The notes under the pieces: model-generated
Told to the model about the DNA's origin: nothing
What the model saw: only the letters and a program-made list of their open reading frames with translations
Database searches by the model: none
Source: an uncultured Bacilli bacterium
GTDB lineage: Bacteria > Bacillota_I > Bacilli_A > RF39 > UBA660
Assembly (NCBI GenBank): GCA_910576925.1
Contig: CAJTKB010000001.1
Location: 41,803-105,802 of the forward strand
Direction of reading: 5' to 3'
DNA length: 64,000 nucleotides
Part shown: positions 30,097 to 37,662 of the stretch, piece after piece
Position numbering within the stretch: position 1 is the first letter of the stretch
How the letters are laid out: every line of letters starts with the position of its first letter
Position numbers and translations under genes: made by a program

Positions 30097-30987
30097 TTAA
30101 AAATAATTATTTATACTTTTATTTAATATATCTATAATTTCCTTTTTCACAAAAGATGGCTCTAACACTTTTATATGCTCACCAAAAGAAAGAATATATC
30201 CATAAATCCAATCATTAAAAGGTAACTGGGCTTTTACTAGAAAGGTATTATCAATATCTGTTATTTCTGATTCATCAAATTCATCATAAACTCTATAGGC
30301 TAAACATTTATCAATTTGCAACACTAATTTTACCATCTTAGGTGGTTTATCATTTTTATCAAAATCAATATCCATAGTTCTTTCAAAGTTTTGACTTAAA
30401 GTTTTAAAATTTTTAATTCGCATCAACTTAAAAAAGCGATAATCATTTTTTTCTTGATCAAATCCACATAAATACCAAGAATTATATCTAAAATATAATT
30501 TTAAAGGTTCAACTTTTCTTTTTGTAGTCTTTCCATAAGAATTAAAATAAGAAAATTCGACAACCTGTTTATTTAAAATGGAATTTTTAATTAAATTAAA
30601 AACTTGATTATGTGTATCGGATTCACCCCAAACAGAAAAATCAACATCAAACCAGCTTTCTTCATCTTTAGAGAAAATATTTTTTAATTTTTCATAAATA
30701 TTATTATTATCAATTTGTAATTTATTCATTCCTTCTAATGAAAAGAGAATTTGATTTTGTTCTTCATTTGTTAATAGTGATTTATCAAATTTATAATCTT
30801 CTAATAAAAATATCCCACCATTTTTTCCTTTAGACATATATATTGGTATATTTAATTCACTTAACAGTTCTATATCCCTGTATATTGTTCTTGTTGATAC
30901 TTCAAAATATTCTGACAACTCTTTCGCAGTCATTGTTTTTTTAGAAAGTAATAAGTATATTATTCCAAATAAACGATTTTGTTTCAT
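30097..30987 (-). CDS. WYL-domain transcriptional regulator (YafY-like HTH plus WYL)
   Basis: MKQNRLFGIIYLLLSKKTMTAKELSEYFEVSTRTIYRDIELL HTH, then a WYL-type C-terminal region. The track start at 31005 is GTG; the ATG at 30987 is more likely. Confidence 0.7.
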   Translation of the reverse strand: MKQNRLFGIIYLLLSKKTMTAKELSEYFEVSTRTIYRDIELLSELNIPIYMSKGKNGGIFLLEDYKFDKSLLTNEEQNQILFSLEGMNKLQIDNNNIYEKLKNIFSKDEESWFDVDFSVWGESDTHNQVFNLIKNSILNKQVVEFSYFNSYGKTTKRKVEPLKLYFRYNSWYLCGFDQEKNDYRFFKLMRIKNFKTLSQNFERTMDIDFDKNDKPPKMVKLVLQIDKCLAYRVYDEFDESEITDIDNTFLVKAQLPFNDWIYGYILSFGEHIKVLEPSFVKKEIIDILNKSINNYF

Positions 30988-31130
30988 CTTACAGCTCACT
31001 TTCAAATAACTATTTATCTATTAGATACATTATATCAAAAAAAGAACATCTTTTATAGATGCTCTACTAAATAAATTGTAATTTACTATTATTATCTTCA
31101 ATAGTTTTAGTTATTTCATCTTCAGATAAC

Positions 31131-31337
31131 TTAACAAAATTCTGAACATCTAGTTACTATTGCTTTTGCATTAATTTTTTTTGTTCCTTTTTCCATAAAG
31201 TAAAGTATCTCATCTTTAAAAATTCTACTATGAGGTATTTTCCTTCCCACTGCACCTATTATAATCATTGTTTTACTACCATCTAAAATTTTTGATAATT
31301 CTTTTGATTTATCATCACAATATACTAAATGTACCAT
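31131..31337 (-). CDS. Hypothetical small protein (possibly a gene fragment)
   Basis: 68-aa ORF preceded by an AAATAGTAATTTG leader word. Confidence 0.3.
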   Translation of the reverse strand: MVHLVYCDDKSKELSKILDGSKTMIIIGAVGRKIPHSRIFKDEILYFMEKGTKKINAKAIVTRCSEFC

Positions 31338-31489
31338 AATTACATCCCCAATCTTTTAAACAAATTACTATTTGTCTATTATTTCTATTATATTAAAGTT
31401 GTGTTCAACTTAAGTTTAATAAAAGCTAATTTATAAAATTCAATATCTAGCACATATTGTCATTATTCAAGTTTTCTAACATGATATCG

Positions 31490-31855
31490 TTAATATATTA
31501 CCATTATTATCAAAAATAGCGAATTCGTCTTTTCCATAGAAAGTTTTGTGAATTTTTTTGCAATATAAACCTTATCCTTTAATTCTTCATATAGACCATT
31601 TACATCATCTACATTGATAAACAAAGTAAATGTTGGAATGATTTCAGCTTTTTTTAAAGTGGAATACTCTTCTAACAAATTGTTTTATTCCTGAAACATT
31701 ATAGAAATATTATCTTTGCATACTATAGAAAATTCTAATACCTCCCCATTTTCTGGAACACTTAAAACCTTTTGAAATCCTAATTTTTCTTCATAAAATT
31801 TTACTGTTTCTTTTACATTTTTCACCATAATATTAACTGTTATATTTTTATACAT
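31490..31855 (-). pseudogene. VOC/glyoxalase-bleomycin-resistance family gene with in-frame TAA
   Basis: MYKNITVNIMVKNVKETVKFYEEKLGFQKV...IMFQE*NNLLEEYSTLKKAEIIPTFTLFINVDDVNGLYEELKDK. The same frame continues after the stop. Confidence 0.55.
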
Positions 31856-31920
31856 ATTCTATCGCCTCCGAACTTAATTATATAATAAGAAAAATTATAT
31901 ATATTGTAAAAAACAGACAT

Positions 31921-32700
31921 TTACCTATATTTCTCTAATAGTTGTAATGGAGAAAAACCTGTGTACTTTTTTATTTCTTTTATGAAATGAGACTGATCAT
32001 AAAAACCACACATATTTGTAATATCAATTAAAGTCATTTCATTATCTATCAATAAAGTTAAACAGAAATGTAATCTTAAAATATTTAACATTACTTTAGG
32101 AGATACCCCATAATTTGCTTTAAATATTCTATAAAGTTTTCTTTCATGATAACCATAGTCTTTAGCAATCTTTACAGCATTTTGTTCTTGTGGACTTTCA
32201 TATAATTTATCTATTATTTTTATAGTTTGATTAAAAGAACTATTCTTAATTTTTTCTAATAAATAATCTCTAAAAATATTCAATCTCTCATTAACATTAA
32301 TAGTATTCAATATTTTTTCTAGATAACCATATTTATCGATTTCAAAAAAGGGTATAGGATGATCCATAATCTTATCAGTATTGACTCCAAATAAAATAGA
32401 AAAAGCACTAGGTTTTAATCTAACCCCCATAAAATCGGTTCTTTTATTTAATTCAAAAGGAACAGTATCTTTACTAAATCCTGCAAAACAAATAGTTCTA
32501 TTAGAAAAATTAACTACTATGTCAATACAAGCATCTGGAAGTATATAATTGTATATTGTTTTATTTAATATTTTTTGAGTTTGCATTATCGAAATGCACA
32601 TGCAATAATCATTTAATTCCTCAAATTGATATTCGGTATATATAATATTTTCATTAAATTCTTTATCTAATAAATATGGTATTTGTTTTGGATAATACAT
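31921..32700 (-). CDS. AraC-family transcriptional regulator
   Basis: C-terminal AraC HTH (HERKLYRIFKANYGVSPKVMLNILRLHFCLTLL...MCGFYDQSHFIKEIKKYTGFSP). Confidence 0.75.
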   Translation of the reverse strand: MYYPKQIPYLLDKEFNENIIYTEYQFEELNDYCMCISIMQTQKILNKTIYNYILPDACIDIVVNFSNRTICFAGFSKDTVPFELNKRTDFMGVRLKPSAFSILFGVNTDKIMDHPIPFFEIDKYGYLEKILNTINVNERLNIFRDYLLEKIKNSSFNQTIKIIDKLYESPQEQNAVKIAKDYGYHERKLYRIFKANYGVSPKVMLNILRLHFCLTLLIDNEMTLIDITNMCGFYDQSHFIKEIKKYTGFSPLQLLEKYR

Positions 32701-32734
32701 TTATTTCAACTAACTTTCATATTGTAATTTCTAG

Positions 32735-32938
32735 TTATACTCTATTGAAAATTATTGTTTTATCTTTTATTGATATTTTACCAACTTCATATCCAAATTC
32801 TTTTGCCTCTTTCTTATAATTCAAAAAGGAATGATCTATTTCAAATCCTATAATGTTTTTAATTTCTTCATAAGTTAATTTATAATTTTTTTTATTATTA
32901 TTTTTCAAATACTTCCATAATGTCTCATATTTGCTCAT
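32735..32938 (-). CDS. Small hypothetical protein (67 aa)
   Basis: MSKYETLWKYLKNN.... Has its own conserved leader. Confidence 0.4.
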   Translation of the reverse strand: MSKYETLWKYLKNNNKKNYKLTYEEIKNIIGFEIDHSFLNYKKEAKEFGYEVGKISIKDKTIIFNRV

Positions 32939-32964
32939 ACCTTAACACCTCTAAAACTTATAAT

Positions 32965-33132
32965 TCAATCTTCAATTTTAATAATAATATCGTACGCAGT
33001 AGAACATTCTTCTTTTGATAATTTTGTTTCTTTAACAAGATATTCTATTGCTTCATCTTTGTTAGAAAAATCTTTTAATTTTTTTTTTACTTTTTTAAAT
33101 TTCTCAATAACATCTTTAATTTTGTTATTCAT
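32965..33132 (-). CDS. Small hypothetical protein (55 aa)
   Basis: RBS GTGAGG, ATG at 33132 (MNNKIKDVIEKFKK...). Preceded by the conserved leader. Confidence 0.3.
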   Translation of the reverse strand: MNNKIKDVIEKFKKVKKKLKDFSNKDEAIEYLVKETKLSKEECSTAYDIIIKIED

Positions 33133-33266
33133 AATTTTACCTCACTTTCAAAGTGTAATTTGTAGTTATTTCCAATAACCTGACATTTCAAAATCTACAC
33201 AATTAAATTCTTTATTTCTTCAAAAGTGTGTTTTGCCATAATCTCACACTCCTAAATTGTAATTTA

Positions 33267-33842
33267 TCATTGTGATAGAACAATCAAGTCTTCTTTTTTA
33301 TACTTATTATGACCTTTTAGGCTTTTCTTATATTTCCAACATTTAATTGCTTCATCTAAACTTTTATCTTTATTACACTCGAAAAAATCTCTAATATAAG
33401 TGTTATATTCAAATTGTTTATCAATAGTAGTTTTATTTTTCTTTTTATCTTCTAGTATCTGATAATATGCTTGTATTGATTCTTGATAAGTTTTTCCTGC
33501 ATTATTTTTTAACCATTTTTGAAATAATACATTAAAAGAAAAACTATTTCCTATTTGTTCTTTATAAAACTTTCTATGCTTTTCGGAACAAACAAAATTG
33601 CTCTCTATTTTTGTATCAAGTGTGATAATATCAGGTATATTTGTTTTTGCTTTATTATGAGTTTTAAATGTCTTTTTTCCTGTTTCTAAAAATTCTATTA
33701 TTCTATCAGTTAATTCTTCTTTACTACCTGTTGCTTGTAAATTATTGTTTTTACAAAAACTTACTAATTCTTCTTTTAAATAATAAAACTCTTTAAAAAT
33801 TTTACTATCCAAATTTATATCTAATATAGGTCTTTCACTCAT
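33267..33842 (-). CDS. SAP-like / DUF6434-like protein
   Basis: MSERPILDINLDSKIFKEFYYLKEELVSFCKNNNLQATGSKEELTDRIIEFLETGK. The ATG at 33842 follows the GGAGTGAGG leader; the track start is GTG at 33854. Confidence 0.5.
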   Translation of the reverse strand: MSERPILDINLDSKIFKEFYYLKEELVSFCKNNNLQATGSKEELTDRIIEFLETGKKTFKTHNKAKTNIPDIITLDTKIESNFVCSEKHRKFYKEQIGNSFSFNVLFQKWLKNNAGKTYQESIQAYYQILEDKKKNKTTIDKQFEYNTYIRDFFECNKDKSLDEAIKCWKYKKSLKGHNKYKKEDLIVLSQ

Positions 33843-33848
33843 AATAAA

Positions 33849-33873
33849 CCTCACTCCTAAATTGCAATTTGTT
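33849..33873 (-). promoter_or_regulatory. Conserved leader motif AAATTGCAATTTAGGAGTGAGG (one of about ten related copies, 31.0-36.5 kb)
   Basis: Near-identical 20-25-nt elements abut the start codons of consecutive minus-strand genes at 33242-33267, 33140-33163, 35581-35603, 36444-36480, 34341-34380, 34661-34690, 32711-32734, 32941-32975 and 31006-31045. Each contains a TACAAT -10-like word plus the SD. Confidence 0.45.
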
Positions 33874-34207
33874 ATTTAATCGGAATGTAGATTTCAATAA
33901 TAGAATCTTCTTTATTCCTATGAAATCTATAATCATATCTTTCAAAATAAACAAATCGTCTGTTTTTTATTAAAATATTATTTCTTAATTTACTATTAAA
34001 TATTTTACGATAATTTTGTGATAATTTCACATTGTTACTTAATGACCTTGATAGTCATACCTTATTCCTATTACATTAAATTCTTCTAATTCTATTATTT
34101 GATAATCCATCTCTTTTACCTTTTAAATTTGTGTGTTGTTATAATTGTGTAACTATATGAGTTAATAGTTATTGTTATATTATCAATTTCACAATACCAA
34201 TTTTTAT

Positions 34208-34339
34208 CTAAAACTTTACTCTTACAATACTCACAACATCATCAGTATCTAATTTAAGATTTTTCATAATTCTATAAATCCCCGTTTTGGTAGTATGAAA
34301 TTTATCTATATTATCTAATAATATTTGCTTATTTTCCAA
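34208..34339 (-). CDS. Small ORF, possible DUF3781-like fragment (TTG start)
   Basis: (M)ENKQILLDNIDKFHTTKTGIYRIMKNLKLDTDDVVSIVRVKF. RBS GAGGAG sits 8 nt upstream of the TTG. Confidence 0.25.
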   Translation of the reverse strand: MENKQILLDNIDKFHTTKTGIYRIMKNLKLDTDDVVSIVRVKF

Positions 34340-34420
34340 TATTTCAACTCCTCTGCGAACTACTATTTATCGTTCTGTTTATATTTATAATTGTATCATG
34401 AAAAAAGCAAATCTTCTATA

Positions 34421-34660
34421 TCAGTTTTTTTCTCTTATATCATTACTTATTATATTATTTTCACTATCAAGAATAAATACATCTCCAGAATCTCTTTCAA
34501 TTATATCAAGTATTGAATTAAGCGTTGTACTTTTTCTTGCTCCATTTTCTCCTATTAGTCCAACAATACTTCCTTTTGGAACATTAAATGAAATATTATC
34601 CAAAGGAAAATCATCATATTCTTTTGTTATATTTTCGATTTTTAAAGCATAATCTGACAT
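34421..34660 (-). pseudogene. ABC transporter ATP-binding protein, N-terminal fragment only
   Basis: MSDYALKIENITKEY...GLIGENGARKST Walker A, then a stop after about 80 aa. Confidence 0.55.
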
Positions 34661-34812
34661 TTTATTTTTCCTCCTCAATGTACTTGTTTGATAAGCACAT
34701 TATGTTACATTTTATATTCTATGTCAACAAAAATTAAAAAAGGTCTATCATTTCTGATAACTTTAATATTACAGGTTAATAATTTTCTGAAGTTTCTAAA
34801 CTATTTTATCTT

Positions 34813-35589
34813 TCACTTTTTTATAATATAAAAACTATAAATTCCAAGTAATAAATAAGTTGGTAAAATAATATATAAACTTATACTTGGATAAGTTGTC
34901 GTAGTTGTAAAACAATATGGTAAAGCACATACATCTATTATAAAATGAATAATAATTGGTAGCCAGAGATTATTAGTTTTTTTATATATTGCACCAAAGT
35001 ATATACCCATAGCAATAGTCCATATTACTTTTGTAATTATAATAAGAATTGGTTGTCCTAAAACACCTAATATATGTCCTAAACCAAAAATAACAGATGA
35101 TGCAATAATTGCTATAGTCGTATTATCTTTCTTTTTATAGCATATTTTTTCAATAAAATTTAACAATAAACCTCTTACATATAATTCTTCAACTATTGAA
35201 ACACCTATATAATATATAATTCCCTCAATTAATACTTTCCATATTGTTGGATTATAATTAAATGGTTTTAGTCCTATATAAAATGCGATTCCTGATATGA
35301 TTCCTACAATAATTCCTACTATACCATATTTATTTAATCCATTTTTTAAGTTGTTTACACTAAGTCCTAGTTTCCAATTAGGACAAAGATATTTTAAAGT
35401 TAAAAATGCGATTATGCTAATAATTATAAAGTTAAACATTAAAATAAAATAAAATGGTGTTATATCTAATATTTCAATATTTATAAATAAGGCACTTGGT
35501 AATCCACTTATATCCATAAATGCTAATACAATTGTAAGAATACCTATTATTACTAATTCTTGTTTTTTCATCATATGCCTCACTTCCAA
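34813..35589 (-). CDS. CPBP family intramembrane metalloprotease (CAAX protease / Abi immunity-like)
   Basis: EELYVRGLL (EExxxR), FGLGHILG (FxxxH), FIIDVC. Multi-TM. 258 aa. Confidence 0.7.
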   Translation of the reverse strand: MEVRHMMKKQELVIIGILTIVLAFMDISGLPSALFINIEILDITPFYFILMFNFIIISIIAFLTLKYLCPNWKLGLSVNNLKNGLNKYGIVGIIVGIISGIAFYIGLKPFNYNPTIWKVLIEGIIYYIGVSIVEELYVRGLLLNFIEKICYKKKDNTTIAIIASSVIFGLGHILGVLGQPILIIITKVIWTIAMGIYFGAIYKKTNNLWLPIIIHFIIDVCALPYCFTTTTTYPSISLYIILPTYLLLGIYSFYIIKK

Positions 35590-35597
35590 ATTGTAAT

Positions 35598-36443
35598 TTA
35601 ATGATATATTTTATTTTTATTTTTTCTATAAATCACATAGATAATAATAAATGATAAAATCTGAGCAATCATTATTCTTATTATCTGTAATTCATCTGCA
35701 CCAGATTTTGTTACTATATGAATAAGATTTGTAGCAATAATATTATTAAATAAATGATCTCCTATTCCAATAAACAAACTACCAGTCATTTGATATAACA
35801 AGCCCCATTTAATACTCATAATTCCAGCAAGAATAATATAGCCTATTGTCATTACAAGTAAATTAACCAAATTTATCTCGCCATATACATATGATTTTAG
35901 AGGCATTACAAAATGCCATATTCCAAATAATAATGCCACTATTAAATTTGCATTAAAAAAAGTATTTTTGTTATTAATTATTTTCAAAAAGAAACCTCTA
36001 AACATTCCTTCTTCCATAATAACATTTATAATATTCATAACGATGCATAAAAGAAAGAATACTAGTTCTGTTCTTTTAACTTCTTTTCCAACTAAAGAAA
36101 ATCCATTAACATATATTTCAAAATTAGGACTATTTGAATTTAGATATAGAATGAGATATTCTATGAAATAAGATATTCCAAAACAAAGTAAACCTAGTAA
36201 TAATCCATATGATAAATATTTATACCAATTACTTTTCGTAAAACCAATATCTTCAAATTTATAATTCATAATTTTGATTAAGATAACTAATATTATGATT
36301 GCTATTAGTTTGTGAATGAAATTTTCTGCTATAAATGTTTCATCAGTTTTAATAATAAAATATTCTATCATTCTTACTGCTATACACAATATGAATATAA
36401 AAATGCTACTCAAAATTGGCTTATTTAAAATATACTTTTTCAT
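35598..36443 (-). CDS. CPBP family intramembrane metalloprotease (second copy, diverged)
   Basis: MEEGMFRGFF, FGIWHFVMP, GDHLFNN. Multi-TM. 281 aa. Confidence 0.7.
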   Translation of the reverse strand: MKKYILNKPILSSIFIFILCIAVRMIEYFIIKTDETFIAENFIHKLIAIIILVILIKIMNYKFEDIGFTKSNWYKYLSYGLLLGLLCFGISYFIEYLILYLNSNSPNFEIYVNGFSLVGKEVKRTELVFFLLCIVMNIINVIMEEGMFRGFFLKIINNKNTFFNANLIVALLFGIWHFVMPLKSYVYGEINLVNLLVMTIGYIILAGIMSIKWGLLYQMTGSLFIGIGDHLFNNIIATNLIHIVTKSGADELQIIRIMIAQILSFIIIYVIYRKNKNKIYH

Positions 36444-36644
36444 ATGTCATCTCCTCAAATTACTATTTTTTTGTTCTGTTTACTTTAATATTATATCACG
36501 TTTCCTAATATTATTATAGATATCGTGTTTATTCTATTTCATATTCATAATCATCAAATAGATTGTAATCTACTTCTTTTTCTTTAAACCATCCTATATC
36601 TTCATCCCACTCTATTTCTTGATTTTTAAGTTTATCAAGATTAT

Positions 36645-36875
36645 TTAAAATTGAAGATTAAAATATCCTTTTTCTCCTCTAACTTTTTCGATAATTAAAT
36701 ATCCATATTCCTTTAATTCTTTAAGCGTAGACTTAATAGCTCGTTATTGTTCTTTACATACTTTGCAAATACCATTTAAAGAATAATTCCAATTTTCGGG
36801 TAATGACAACATAAAATACAATAACCCTTTTGCTTTTAAACTTAAATTTTTATCCATTAAATGGTAGTTACTCAT
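36645..36875 (-). pseudogene. RepA_N-like (Firmicute plasmid/ICE replication initiator N-terminal) gene remnant with internal stop
   Basis: MSNYHLMDKNLSLKAKGLLYFMLSLPENWNYSLNGICKVCKEQ*RAIKSTLKELKEYGYLIIEKVRGEKGYFNLQF. Family assignment is from memory. Confidence 0.35.
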
Positions 36876-37214
36876 TACTGTATAATTTGTAGTTTTTTAT
36901 ATCTTAAACCCCATAAACATCACCCTTTCATTTTTATTGATTTATTAACTAAATTTTATGCAACAAAATACTTTTCAAATTTACTAACTATTTCTTCTTT
37001 TGTGAATATATGTGCTAGATCTCTATCAGGTTCATCATACTTGGAAATCTTACTTTAATAGATGAATCATATTTTATAAATTGAACTATTTAAGCAGCCT
37101 ATGCAAAAGATGATTTAATTACTTTAAGTATCTTTTCAAGTCTCATCTTTAAATGATTTTTAATAATATATTGATATGTTTCATTGTATGATGTTTTAGT
37201 TTTATATAACAATA

Positions 37215-37460
37215 TTATTGCATCCGATAATCTAAATAATCACTATAAGATACTTCAGATGGTTTAAAATTGTGCCCTGTTTCTAAATAATAATTTAAGG
37301 CTTTAATTCCTACTCGTTCTGCTTCCACCTTAGTTTTAAAACCAGATTTATTAATATATTTTCTTTTTCCATCTTGAGGTGCTATTTCAAATCTATATTG
37401 AAATACATCTTCTATTTTCCGAACACTTACTTTTGATATTTCTTTTCCTCCTACTAATTT
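37215..37460 (-). pseudogene. Tyrosine recombinase (phage integrase) N-terminal arm-binding fragment
   Basis: KISKVSVRKIEDVFQYRFEIAPQDGKRKYINKSGFKTKVEAERVGIKALNYYLETGHNFKPSEVSYSDYLDYRMQ*. No start codon and no catalytic domain. Confidence 0.5.
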
Positions 37461-37565
37461 ATTAGTAAGCGAAGAAAAAAGATGGCACGAATGCTATCTT
37501 AAATTTGTTTTCATAAAATTTTTCCTTTATTTTAAAGGTTTTTTGCTTTTTTAGATGATCCAAAA

Positions 37566-37618
37566 AATTTTTATGGGAACAAAATGGGAACATTTTACAT
37601 ATTTTTCTTTCCATTTTG
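37566..37618. terminator. Strong bidirectional terminator at the secA 3' end / island right border
   Basis: GGAACAAAATGG(G)AA-loop-TTCCATTTTGTTCC perfect 14-bp stem followed by TTTTTT. A-run on the other side. Confidence 0.6.
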
Positions 37619-37662
37619 TTCCTTTTTTAATTTTAGATTACTGAAAAACCTTATAAAATATG

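Noticed and set aside
36540-37215. Additional coding remnants (C-terminal fragment ...NNLDKLKNQEIEWDEDIGWFKEKEVDYNLFDDYEYEIE, and ...KYDEPDRDLAHIFTKEEIVSKFEKYFVA)
   Set aside because: They are too fragmentary to assign and are treated as part of the decayed island rather than as separate features.
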